From NCBI GenBank assembly GCA_047495785.1, contig JBLDXI010000003.1, positions 2,480,001 through 2,544,000 of the forward strand: DNA of 64,000 nucleotides, read 5' to 3'. A program made the translations under genes and the position numbers. The stretch's first letter is position 1. Each line of letters opens with the position of its first letter. This document shows, piece by piece, positions 11,132 to 22,927 of the stretch. Origin of the DNA: Lepidodermella squamata (lineage: Eukaryota > Animalia > Gastrotricha). A model generated the notes under the pieces. The model was not told the origin of the DNA, did not search any database, and saw nothing but the letters and a program-made list of their open reading frames with translations.

Positions 11132-13189
11132 ATGACGAAGACTGTTGGCATATTTAGCCCTGCTTCCAACGCTGGCTTTAAAATTGTCTTCGCTATCGGC
11201 GCCATTTTCACAACTTCCTTTCTTTACATCGCAATATCAGCTTTTCACAGCTCAGGAATTGGCGCTCAAAACTACGGCAATTTTTTCCTCGAGCCAAACC
11301 ATTCACGCTTGATTGGCCGCATATACCCTCCTAAAACCAAGCCGCTAGTAAAATCTCGGCACGTATTCAACGATAAACTTGATTTATTCATCGAAGAAAA
11401 TCTATGCGATATCGATTGGATTTTGAGCAGCGGATCCACTTGCCGCTTCGAACGCCGCCACTTACCGCCTTTCGCGGTTGCTTTACCTGAAAGAGCGAGA
11501 ACAAGATTCGAGACTATGCGAAACGGTGTCGTATTAGTCATCGTTTTTAATTGGGAAAACAATTATTTTGTGTCGCCTTTATTACACGCACTCTACGCAA
11601 GAAACTTTGCCGCAGTTCGGTATTGCGGTCTTCGGCCGAATGCAACATATTTCCGGCAGCAAATTGAGCTGTATTTCCCACGCGATATTGCTGCTGAATT
11701 CGAGACGCTCTACCTCAATTATCTAGCAGCAGACCAACAGGAAATTCGAGAGAACGTCGGCGAGGCTATTTACTACTGCGCTAACCTTGCGATGGAATCA
11801 GTTTCAAATGCTATCGATGTAACCGGTGTTTTCTTGATACATGACGATGCGTTGCTGAGCCACTGGCTGGCTGGTTTCCGCCCTGATTTGTTGGATCTGG
11901 AGAAAAGTTATTTTTACGCAGGCGGTGAGCCGTTTGATCTAACCACAATGAAGTATTGCCGCCCGGCGAAACCTGAGATGAATGAAACGGAATCACCTTG
12001 TGATGGCTTACCTGTCGACTGGTGGCCGGCGAACATGTACCAAGACGTCGCTGTTAAATTTTACAAGGTTCGTTTTTACCAAGTTTGATTAATCTGGAAT
12101 GCACGCTGATTTCAACATGGGTCCTATGACTATGGGACTTGGATTTGTAGATTCTAAAATCCAAGGTCATAGGACTTACACCTGAGAAGCAGTTAAGCCG
12201 CTAATTTTCGGGTCCACCTGAACAAATGAACCTTATATGGGAGAATGCAGCAAAATGCCATGTTATTATTGCTAAAACCTTATTTTTTGCCACCACAAGA
12301 ATCGTATTTTTGCCTCGATCAGATGAATTTTGTATGTGTTTGTTAAGAATTGTCGAGTCCATACTGACATTAGTTCCAAGTCAATTGCCGCGACCGAAAA
12401 TTATTAACTTTTCGCTAAGCGGTTAAGATATAGCGATAATCTAGAGTTAGTATTGCTTGGTATACTAAACCAATTTAAACGAGCATTTTGATCAACCTTG
12501 AAAAAAAATTCTTTCCGGCTAATAATCAGCAGCGTCCAAATACAGAGAATTCGCGATGCCCGCGATCGCCAGCGAATTTTCAAAATTAAATTCTTTTCTA
12601 GTAACAGCGCTGAGCTGATGCGTTGCAAATGGCCGTGTTTCGAGAGTTTAAAGCATAGGTTTCGTTTTTCTCATTATTTTATCATCGAAGTTTTCATGAG
12701 GAATGTTTTTATAAGGAATGGACAGATTTGGCTGAAAATTCGACAACTGATTCTTCGTTCAAAGTATGCCTTGATCGCCTTGCTGATCGAACTCTCGGCT
12801 ACAACCGAATAGTTGGCGCGTTGGCTGATGGATTTTACCTCACTCGGCAGCATTTTAACATGATTTCGCCGATTCTCAAGCTGGCTCATAATTACAGCGT
12901 ATTTCAGGAGTTGACAGTCCCAACGTCTTTCGCCTGTATACCACCCGACGAGACCGGCCATTTTAACGTTGATAAAAATCAAGCGGCGAGGGCAAATCGA
13001 GACCCGGCTTGGGACATATTTGACTCAAACGAGTTGCTTATGCATCCGTTCAAATTCAGTGGGTTTCTTAAGGCGATGACCGGTGATAAGGAAGCCCATG
13101 GTGAAAACACGAGCGAGCTGTGTCTCTACTGCATGCTAGCTCAATACAGCAAATTGCTGGCACTGCAAACTAGAAGACAATCTGATTAG
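11132..13189 (+). CDS. STELLO/DUF288-like type II membrane protein, copy 2; exons 11132-12067, 12716-13189
   Basis: High similarity to copy 1 and the same splice junction FYK|EWT. Confidence 0.7.
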
Positions 13190-13338
13190 AATTATTTTTT
13201 TTCAAATAAAATGAAATAATAAAATTTTGTGCAATTCATTTCTATGTGGGGAAATGTGATTTGAGGAAAATTACACGACATTTTCAAAATAATGCGACCT
13301 TTTAGCGGGACTTCTGTTTTGGACATCAATTATAAGTC

Positions 13339-13391
13339 ATACTTGCAATACTTGCAATACTTGCAATACTTGCAATACTTGCAATACTTGC
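13339..13391. repeat. Minisatellite (ATACTTGCA)n, ~6 units
   Basis: Direct 9-bp tandem repeat visible in the sequence. Confidence 0.95.
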
Positions 13392-13953
13392 GTTAACTCT
13401 TTTTTAATTAATAACAATTAATTGTACGCAAAACTTTGCCGCAGGAGTCTGCGCGCGAAACATGCCTAGTTTTTCCAGTTTTGAATCTCGCGCGGTCGTG
13501 TGACCCGGGATATTTGTACGCGTCGGCATGTCTCGCATCAAATAGTATCAACTTCTCAAAATGTTCATTCATTACCTGGGAACCCTACCACGTCCGAATG
13601 TTTCCTATTAAAGACCAAAGCGATTTATCATTTATGAAAATTATTTTCAGCGCATTCGCATCTTGAGCAGATTTTACCCGCTTCCCGGCCATACTCCTTA
13701 AAAAGCCGATGAAAGTCGGTCTTTACAAGCAGCGATGAGATGACAGCTCAATTCAATGATTTTCTTGGTAGTAGTTCAATACAACTCGCACGGGCGGCTT
13801 GGTGCAAAAAATTTTAGCTGTTAATTAGCTTGAACACGCGACCGATCGCACGTCTTCGCAACATGTAGATAAAAACCTAGCTTTAAAAGGTGGCTTTCAA
13901 ATGGGAAATTCCAGATAGCGTCGTTTCTTCCGATCATCTTCCGGAGACTAAAA

Positions 13954-14642
13954 ATGCGCCTGACTCTTATCGCAGCCGCTGTCGCTCTTTTCTGCATCGG
14001 TAAATTAATGACTTTTACAAGAATGAAATCACTGTTTTTCTGTGCATAGTTGCCACTTCAGCTGATGAGGCTTCAGCCTCGGATAACAAGAATGAAGCCT
14101 ATGCTTCTGCCGGCGGTGACGAGAAGGCTCAACGTGGTAATAAATTGATCGGTCGCAATCACGGCCGTGGATTCGGTTACATCGGGCAACAACGTGGTGG
14201 TGACAACTTTGCCTCGGCTTCAGTCAACAAGAAATCCGCCTCAGCTGGCAACAGCAACAAAGGCCGCAAGAAGTTCGGTCACCGTCGCCTCCGCCGTCGG
14301 GGACAAAACTTCGCCTCAGCTGCTTCCGGCAACGCGCGCGGCTACGGCAAGTTCTTCGGCCGTCGGCACGGTGGTCGTCGCTTTGCCTCTGATAACACGC
14401 GATCTGTCTCTGCTGCCGTCGGCAACTACCGCGATCGTCGTGGCTACGGATTCGGTGATCGTCGTCGAGCCGGTGACTTCGCCTCGGCTGCTGCCGGCAA
14501 CTTCCGAGGCCGCCGTGGTCACTTCGGCGGCCGTCATGGCCATCGTCTTACCGGCGACTTCGTCAACAAGGACGCCGCCTCCGCCTCGGCTGGCAATAAC
14601 AAGCGCGGTGGACTTGCGTGGCGATGGGACTATGGGCGTTAG
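13954..14642 (+). CDS. Secreted basic Gly/Arg/Ala/Ser block protein (212 aa); exons 13954-13999, 14050-14642
   Basis: 46-nt signal exon MRLTLIAAAVALFCI, 50-nt phase-1 intron, exon 2 in frame with ORF 14145-14642; repeated FASAxxGN blocks alternating with GRR/GH-rich blocks. Confidence 0.88.
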
Positions 14643-14770
14643 TATAACTGTCATCATTTTTTCGCCTGAAATTATTTATTTCCCGTGTGACAGTGAATAG
14701 TTACCGTGTCACAATTCGTGAATCAAATATTCACTATTACCCACTTTTTAGAATCAGTAATTATTTAAAA

Positions 14771-15399
14771 CGTGTTTTTCTTGCTGTTCTCCTGCTTGTC
14801 GCTATTGGTAATTTCCTTGGTGCCGATAAGGGTTGCAACAACAAGGACTCGTTCTCTGGCTCAGTTGCTCAACACGACTCCTACGCTCTGCTGAGCAAGA
14901 ATTCGGTGCCTTCGACTTCGCCTCGGCCGATGCTTCTCACAACAAGAAGACCAGCGACAAGCGCAAGCTGATCAAGACCCGATCGGCCAGCCATGAACGC
15001 GCCTCGGCCAGCTACGCCTCGGCAGGGAAGCGCGACTCCGCCTACGACCGCAAGAAGTCCAAGGCTGGCAGCAAGCGCCACGGCCGCAAAATCCGCGAAA
15101 GCGACTCGGCTGCCTTCGCCAAGCACGACAACGCCTACGCCGACTCTGGCGCCGCCGCCGCTGCCCAGAAACACAGCCGCAACAAGAAGCACGGCCGGGC
15201 TGACCACAAGCGCAAGGCTGGTTTCCAGAAGGACCAGGCCCGCGATAAGGCCGGCGAGGTGATCGAGTTCAAGAAGAAGACCTTTACCGACAAGAGCCAC
15301 AACAAGGAGATCAAATCAGTGTTGCCAATGGAACTCCTCTTTACGGTACCCCATACTGAGAAGGGTCTAATTATTTTTGGGTACGAAATAATAATATAA
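14771..15399 (+). pseudogene. Pseudogene of a secreted Lys/Arg/His/Ala/Ser-rich protein
   Basis: Signal-like RVFLAVLLLVAIG followed by GT but lacking ATG (aaaa-cgt), no normal-length intron, 1-nt frameshift near 14887 (YA|SAEQE), low-complexity body ASA/KKHGR. Confidence 0.65.
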
Positions 15400-15624
15400 T
15401 ATTCATCATTCTTCATTTATAAATTTGTGATTTCATTTAATTTCTGTTTTTGAAACCACAATAATCTTAATGCCGCCCAACAACGTAGGAGCCCCTCAAA
15501 TGCGATTTCCAGCTGCGAAATAAAATCAAAATAATTGGCACACACAATTATTGCAATATAGACCACGCAATTAGGAGACCGAGAGCCATGGTATAAAAGC
15601 CGCGAGAATTTAGTTCAAAATCAT

Positions 15625-18600
15625 CATAGAGAATAGAGTTACCAGAGATGAAACTCCTATTGGAAACTTGAAGTTTTAATTCTTTTGCCGATTTTCGTAA
15701 ATTTTCATTATGGCGGATCTTTTTCAAACTCGCGCATACATGTTTACATGTAAAACAAGGGTGTTTTTCCACGCGCTATACCCAAAATAGCTCATCATGG
15801 AATTCCGATTTTTTTATTCTAATCGATGGGGATTGGTTTCAACTATAAACAGTCCAAAGGATATCGTACGGAAATGAACGGTTTTGACGCCATAGCGATT
15901 TCCCCGAAGGTCACTTTTTTGGGTGTTCAAAAATGGGTGTTTTTGCCTTGACCCCACGGCCACATCCTTGACCGGATTATAAGTTTCTTGGGTTTAAATG
16001 ATAGAAATAACCCATATTATAAAAGTTCAGAAGAAACTGAAACTGTAGATGGTGTCGTTTAAAAACTATTCAGGTTTTTCTGCGACGTTTTTTTCGCGAT
16101 GCAGTATATATTTTCAACGCAGAATTATTATTATTCAATCTAAATAATACGTGGCACTATGATCCGCTCGGTTCAAATTCCAATTAATCTCCCATTACCC
16201 TCCCAATGAAACTGAAGAGTCGCATTTAAACAGAAAACTGTATAATATTTATTCAATAAATGAAGTAAAAAAATAGCTGATGTCGTCACTATTCGCCTCG
16301 GAACTGGCTTGCTTTGCGAGCTGCAGTTGACGTTTGCTGCGACGGATAGGTTTGCTTCACAAACCAGCGAATGAAGATTCTCGCAACAGATTGCGCTAAT
16401 TCGTTTAACAACTCAGGATTATGATCTCCACAGAAATGGGTGTCGACCAGGTTATCACTGCAAGACTGCAGAATCAAAAGAGTGGCGATTTGAGCGGGTT
16501 TTTGGCGGTGGATGAACTTGTGTCGTTGCAACTTTAGTTCGCGATAGGCTGCCAGCACAAATTTGTATAGCCGACTCGAGGGAAATTGGAGGTGCATTGA
16601 TGATGCCCCGTAATTTTTGGCGACGATAACCTCCTTTGGAATGTCACTGCCGTCGCCAATCAAGGATGCCACACATTTAAGGCATTTAATTAACGAGCTG
16701 ATCGTGATGGCGCGGAAAGCAACAAAACCAGCAAGATAAGCGATGATTGCATTACCCACATTTTCGACGAATGGCGACGTAGCGATAGCTGACTGATCCG
16801 GTGCTTGCGTTCTTTCCGCAACTTCTTCAACCATCCTATCCAGCTCATCTTGCGACAAGTCCTCCTTTGATGATCCCTTCGACTTCTTATGCTCTTCTGC
16901 CAGTTCAAAAACAGACAACACGTTTTTGCGAGCCGCGGATTTCACGCTTCTTCCTCTGAGCTTCGTGACCTTCTGGACGAAATTGGATTTCAAACCAGCC
17001 AATACCTGGTTCATAGTGGGGTTTCGACCGCCTCCGCCAGAATATCGAAGAAAGCAGAATAGAAGCTCCAGCATATCCTGGAGAAAATAATAGGTGCAAA
17101 TGAAATCGAATTCTCTTTTCGCCAACAGATTTTCGACGATTCCGATTATCGATTTCGTCGCAACGATGTAGCCGAGAAAGCCCGCTTTCATGCTGCAGCT
17201 GACCGCAAGTTCTGTTTTGGTGATCATCGCGTTATGTTTCTTGCTGAATTTAGTCCTCGTTATCGTCATCGTTTCCAGCATTTTCACGGTTTTCAAGAGG
17301 GTTGACCGCCATTCACACAGATTTTCTCTGGTGACTGCTTTCCGAAATGGTGCACCATCCCCTTGAACAGATCGTGAATTGAGGCAATCGTTCGAATCAT
17401 TCATTGTCTGAAGAAAGTACTGCGTTCCTTTGGAATCTTTCAGCTTCGCATTTCCAAGTGCCGCAAGAGCTTTCATTCCGTTGACAAGCCGAGTTCCAAA
17501 TACCTGCTGCGCCAGGCTCACGTCCATCGGAGCCTTGTCTGGGGCAACAAGATGTCGACGGTTGACAGGGCATCCAAGATGAAGACCGACAGCTTCCTGC
17601 ACTTCCACCACTTCTTCTACATGAGAGGCGTACGCGCGCATTTTTGATCCATCATCAGCCTCGAATTCGAGGTAATCGGCTCGAAGGAACCAGTTCCGAA
17701 TGAGTTTTATGTCGTGGCTAGGATCGGGAATCCAGTAGAGAGGCGTTGTTAGAACTAGATCGTCGATTCTGTCCACGAACATTCTTCCATCAGGAGTGGT
17801 TCCCAGACCGAGGTATTTCGCAAGCTTCGTATTCGCTCGAAAAGAATCCGTAATGAAGGCGTGTATTTCAATACCTACTTCCATGGAGCAGATAATAATT
17901 TCCTTCAAGAAAGCAAGTTGAATCAGGTGATCAGGGGCAACCAAGTATAGACTCGCCGCCGGTAGGCAAAGTGTCGCGTCGAGCGAAGCAACTTGGAAAA
18001 CAACGACTTCCTCGGCTGCTTTGGTCAGCTGCGGTATGACTGAAGGGTGGTCTTTGAACTTATCACCAACAGTACAAATTCCCTCCAATTGGTCAGCGGA
18101 TGGCAGGTAATTTCCACAAACCTTTGTCGACATTCCGTCGATTTGGCACACGCAATGCCTCGAACGAGCTATCATCTGGGCGTATTTTTTCAATGCGATA
18201 AACGTTATCGATATCATTCCCGGTTTCACAGGGACATCAAGAAGCCAATTGTAGACTGTTTTCCTGCATGGAACAGCGTCGCCAAATAGTTCTCGAAGAA
18301 TGTTTAAAGCTCCTTGACTAGTTAAAGCCATGCCCACAAAAAATTCCTTCGACTCCAGGCGATAACGATGCCCCTGTGGTCCAGCGCACATCGCATTCTT
18401 CGCCGCATTCAAAATAATTGGTTTTGCTTTGGATGGCAGTGAGTCGAGTGGACAATCGGGAACAGCGTAAGATGGACTTGATAGCAGCCTAGTCACGTCC
18501 TGCCTCGCTAATTTCAACTTCTGCTTCACTTGATCAATGGTGTCACTTGGGCGGCCGCGTTTTTTCGGAATCAGAGGTGTGGCTGAAACTACTTGCTCGA

Positions 18601-19901
18601 CGATTGAAGGGGGTGGTGGCAGGATTGGCGAGACATTTTCTTCACGTTGACATGCTTGAATAGGCTGGATGGTCGCAAGCGGCAAATGCTCAGAAGTGTT
18701 AGCTGGCGCTTTCCGTAACATGTTGGCAGTCGTTATAGATTCCAAAACCAAGGTTTCATCCAGTTCAAGCTCGACGTCGAATGCCTGCTGAAGGAGCTCA
18801 GAATGTGAGGTACCGCCCGATTTCTTCAACTTATCACGGAACCAAAATGCTTTTCTGTGAACCACCATCAGGTTTTCATTGCTATGGCGAACGGGAAAAG
18901 GGTCGCAAAATTTATCGAGGAGAGCGGGTAAATCTGGCTTTGACGTTTGGCGATACTCGCGAAGGTTGTAACCTGTCAGGCAAAACTTTCGTATCATCCT
19001 GCATGGGCTAAAAAAAATTTCAGACGTGAAATCTGTAACAGAAACTTGTTTTCTTACCAAGAAATGATTAATAAATCCGGAATCCGAATATAAAATCGGT
19101 TAATGAATTTTTTTGCGATGTTTCACTCCTTTGTGGAATATTATGCTGGATGTTTTGAAAAAATACGATGATTCAGCAAAGCTCAAGATTCTTATCAGCC
19201 TCCTGGATTAATACGCATTAGGGTTATCATAGGAAATATTAATTCAGCAACGAAAAACAAACTGCTGGAATTTTAGAATATTGGGAATATTATCTAAGGT
19301 CATCTTCGAATCTATTGTCGGCTTGATCGTATAACTTTGATCGATATTTAAATTAAACATAGGAAAATACTAGACGATTTTGTTTGTCAAATATATAATA
19401 ATTCTGCGTTGAAAATATATACTGCATCGCGAAAAAAACGTCGCAGAAAAACCTGAATAGTTTTTAAACGACACCATCTACAGTTTCAGTTTCTTCTGAA
19501 CTTTTATAATATGGGTTATTTCTATCATTTAAACCCAAGAAACTTATAATCCGGTCAAGGATGTGGCCGTGGGGTCAAGGCAAAAACACCCATTTTTGAA
19601 CACCCAAAAAAGTGACCTTCGGGGAAATCGCTATGGCGTCAAAACCGTTCATTTCCGTACGATATCCTTTGGACTGTTTATAGTTGAAACCAATCCCCAT
19701 CGATTAGAATAAAAAAATCGGAATTCCATGATGAGCTATTTTGGGTATAGCGCGTGGAAAAACACCCTTGTTTTACATGTAAACATGTATGCGCGAGTTT
19801 GAAAAAGATCCGCCATAATGAAAATTTACGAAAATCGGCAAAAGAATTAAAACTTCAAGTTTCCAATAGGAGTTTCATCTCTGGTAACTCTATTCTCTAT
19901 G
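15625..19901 (-). mobile_element. P-superfamily DNA transposon with 507-bp TIRs (Galileo-like architecture), 4277 bp
   Basis: TIRs 15625-16131 and 19395-19901 begin CATAGAG and appear identical by eye; 8-bp TSD AAAATCAT at 15617-15624 and 19902-19909. Confidence 0.95.
16289..19060 (-). CDS. P-element/THAP9-family transposase (true 5' end uncertain, possible upstream exon)
   Basis: Motifs CVCQIDGM, FITD, DPSHDIKLIRN, QDMLELLF..LR..GG...NP, YLAGFV; AT-hook-like KKRGRP; uninterrupted 923-codon ORF. Confidence 0.9.
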   Translation of the reverse strand: MVRKQVSVTDFTSEIFFSPCRMIRKFCLTGYNLREYRQTSKPDLPALLDKFCDPFPVRHSNENLMVVHRKAFWFRDKLKKSGGTSHSELLQQAFDVELELDETLVLESITTANMLRKAPANTSEHLPLATIQPIQACQREENVSPILPPPPSIVEQVVSATPLIPKKRGRPSDTIDQVKQKLKLARQDVTRLLSSPSYAVPDCPLDSLPSKAKPIILNAAKNAMCAGPQGHRYRLESKEFFVGMALTSQGALNILRELFGDAVPCRKTVYNWLLDVPVKPGMISITFIALKKYAQMIARSRHCVCQIDGMSTKVCGNYLPSADQLEGICTVGDKFKDHPSVIPQLTKAAEEVVVFQVASLDATLCLPAASLYLVAPDHLIQLAFLKEIIICSMEVGIEIHAFITDSFRANTKLAKYLGLGTTPDGRMFVDRIDDLVLTTPLYWIPDPSHDIKLIRNWFLRADYLEFEADDGSKMRAYASHVEEVVEVQEAVGLHLGCPVNRRHLVAPDKAPMDVSLAQQVFGTRLVNGMKALAALGNAKLKDSKGTQYFLQTMNDSNDCLNSRSVQGDGAPFRKAVTRENLCEWRSTLLKTVKMLETMTITRTKFSKKHNAMITKTELAVSCSMKAGFLGYIVATKSIIGIVENLLAKREFDFICTYYFLQDMLELLFCFLRYSGGGGRNPTMNQVLAGLKSNFVQKVTKLRGRSVKSAARKNVLSVFELAEEHKKSKGSSKEDLSQDELDRMVEEVAERTQAPDQSAIATSPFVENVGNAIIAYLAGFVAFRAITISSLIKCLKCVASLIGDGSDIPKEVIVAKNYGASSMHLQFPSSRLYKFVLAAYRELKLQRHKFIHRQKPAQIATLLILQSCSDNLVDTHFCGDHNPELLNELAQSVARIFIRWFVKQTYPSQQTSTAARKASQFRGE

Positions 19902-19972
19902 AAAATCATCATCAGTTTATATTATCTCTTCAATTTGCTTCGTCTTATTCTCCACTACAACCTACTACAACA

Positions 19973-20460
19973 ATGCGTGCTTTTCTCGCTGTTGCTGTTG
20001 TCGTCCTGCTCGGCCTCGGTGAGATCTTTCGCCATATAACCATGACCCTCATAAGGATCTTTTTTCAGCTTACTCCGAGGCCAAGGTCTGGAATGTCGAG
20101 TCGAAGGAGATGCACCGCAACTACCACAAGAGCGTCACCGCCTCAGTGAGCCGCTCCTTCGAGAACAAGAAGGCTTTCCGCAAGGGACGTGCCTTCCCGA
20201 TGAAGAAGCGCCACGGCAAGAAGTTCGGCCGCAAAATGAACAAGCGCCGCGGATCCTACTCCAAGTCGGTCTCTGTTTCCTACTCCAAGTCTGGCTCTTT
20301 CTCCGGCAACCGTTTCGGCAAGAACAAGCGTTTCGGTGGCCGCAAGTTCGGCAAGCACGGCAAGAACTTCGGCTACGGCCGCAAGGGCGGCAAGTTCGGC
20401 GGTCGCAAGGCCAACAAGGGCTCTTTCTCCTTCAGCAAGTCCGTCAGCGTCTCCAACTAA
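19973..20460 (+). CDS. Secreted basic Ser/Gly/Lys/Arg-rich block protein, copy 3 (145 aa); exons 19973-20018, 20069-20460
   Basis: 46-nt signal exon MRAFLAVAVVVLLGL, 50-nt intron; shares MNKRRGSYSKSVSVSYSKS and C-terminal SFSFSKSVSVSN. Confidence 0.92.
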
Positions 20461-20573
20461 ATTATAATCCCAAGAACTTTCCACCGTTGATGAATCGAAA
20501 AATATTTATGATCGAAAATAAAAAAATCTGATATAGAAAATGTGGCTTGCATGTTATTTTTTATTCCTTTATA

Positions 20574-22547
20574 TTAATTTTTCCGGCTCTCAAGTTTGAT
20601 CGGAACGCCTTCGGCCGGAGCCAGGACCAGTTCTAGAGCCACAGGAATCCCATCAGCCGGATACCCACCATCAGGTTCAACCAGCCGGAATTTCCGAATC
20701 ATATTCACCAGCGTCAATTTCATTTCAAACATTGCCAATCGCATACCTTGCGAAAAAAATCCAAAAAATCTCACAAATTTAGCTAAAATAATTAGGATAT
20801 TACCGACGCAAGTTCTTGGACCAGAGCCGAAGGGCATGTAGCTCAAATCCGGGCGATCCTTCGTCGGATAATCTGGCGAAAATCGCTCTGGGTGGAAAAT
20901 GTTCGGATCAACCGGGCCCCAATACTCAGGATCTCGGAAAATCGAATAGAAATCAATCAAAATCGTCCCGAATTTCTTCGCAAAATGAATACCACCAATA
21001 TTACTGTCCTCAACAGCATGACGAGTATTAAAAGCCGCAACTGGGCAAATCCTTAGTGACTCATTTATGACCCACTCCAAGTACTGATGATTCATCAATT
21101 TATCGTAGTCAATCTCAGCTGATTCGTCCGGGAAAACTTCGATAATTTCTCGGTACAGTTTTTCCTGTTCCTTCGGATTTGCGGCTAGTAAATAGGCGAT
21201 GAAGCTTAAGGCGCTCGAAGTTGTTTCAGTTCCAGCTACTAACATGACCATACTTTGGGACAACACTTCATCCTCAGTAAATGGGACAGTCGCCATGTCA
21301 ACATTAGGGTTAAGTTCCGAGTCATCGATCAACGCTTGAAGTAGGTCATTGCGCCGTATTGATGAATCACCCGACCTCAGGTCACACACTTGTTTACACA
21401 TTGTGCGCAATTTGAACCACGGCACCATCGCCCCTGTCGTAAAAAATTTAGCCAGGGTCGATACTAGCCATTTCATCGGCCGTCTCAGTTCGGTGCAATA
21501 CATAGCGAATCGGATGAAGGCGGGTTTTTCCTGGAATAAATGCAACATTCCCATGGTGTTGTCTAACACCTGTTTACCGGACGGGTTGGAATCAGGGTCT
21601 TTAATTAGGCCGTTCAAGTCGAGGCCGAATGCCATCCCAGCTACGACGGAGATCGTCAATCGGACGAATAGCGGTTGGATATCGAATTCTCGCCCATTTT
21701 CGGCGTGTTTTGACAGCGTTTCAACGAGTTCGGCCTGGGTTTGTAGAACAAGGGGTTGGTATTGTTTCAATTTTGAAACCGTGAAAGCTGGGCTGATTTT
21801 GCTTCGAAGTCGCCGCCAGTGCTCGCCCCATGCGAAAAACACGTCGATGCCAAATACGGAATTTTTTACACCGACATCCGTTTCAGGGTCAGGCTAAAAA
21901 ACAGATAAATTAATTGCTGAAGTCTCAATATTTAAAATTAAATTAATTGGGAATTAATTTTAATATCTAATCTTTTTATTTTTTTGCTAATTTATTGTAT
22001 TATTTTGATTTATGTATATGATTAGAAAATGGGAACCGGCCAATTTTATTCGAAATTCTTGAAATTTTAAATTATTTAAATTCCAATTGAAATTTTTAAA
22101 TAATTTTAAAACAAATCTCTTTGTGAATTTTTAATTTTTCGAGTTATTCTTTATGTCTCTCTTGGTAATTACGAGCTGGCATGAAGATTTATGTCCCTAA
22201 AATGCAATCAGTACCTGAAAAGGTCCAATATTATGACCTTGGAATGACCAGTACTGCTTGATCGTAACCTGTTCAGCTAATTCTGGGGCTGCTACAACCA
22301 ATACCGGCCGGCCACCCTCGTAATAGCCCCACATTTTGCCGTACTTTTTCGTCCACTCAACCATGCGTAACGCCCGGCGGTTCTCCGGGCCAAACATCTC
22401 ATGCGTATTACCGCAGAACCAGTGCGGTTCCGGGCCCGGAATACCGAGCCGAGCGAAAAATCGGTGCCGGTAGAATTTTCGGTAAAAGTAGAACGCAACC
22501 AGTGATGTTGGGGCCAGGGCTAACAGCCACACGGCCACTGATACCAT
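20574..22547 (-). CDS. Cytochrome P450, clan 3-like; exons 22547-22215, 21893-20804, 20746-20574
   Basis: N-terminal anchor + PGP, WRRLR, AGTETT, ESLR, PERF, and heme motif FGSGPRTCVG|MRLA after removing a 57-nt intron. Confidence 0.95.
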
Positions 22548-22927
22548 TTTTCTGTAAATTACTTATTATACCTTCAAAAAAGCCTGCATGCTGATAAAAA
22601 ACCCACAAGAACTCAAAAAACGTTATCAAAAATGTAATGAATAGTATTATATGCACGAGCGCTTTAAACGTGAAAAAAACCAATTAACGTGCTGAATTTT
22701 TAAAGTTGAGCTGTTTATGTGTAATTGAAACACGCATATACAGAAATAGCCTAAATATTATGAATTTCGGCTATTTAAAAAAAATCAAATCAATTTTCTT
22801 GGTGTGTCTCAATTTCTCAAATTTTGAAAAAAGTCGAAACACTGAGGTACACCAAACATTTTATTCAAAAATTGATGATCGGCGAAAGAATAAAATTAAT
22901 AATAAAACAGGCGGAATTCAAATTTGT

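Noticed and set aside
13339-13391. Short direct repeats as a CRISPR-like array
   Set aside because: No spacers, eukaryotic context, no cas genes
15548-20149. ORFs 15548-15772 and 19754-20149 reading out of the TIRs, the latter in frame with copy 3 exon 1
   Set aside because: Both start at GTG within the inverted repeat; their identity simply reflects the TIR and there is no evidence of a fusion protein
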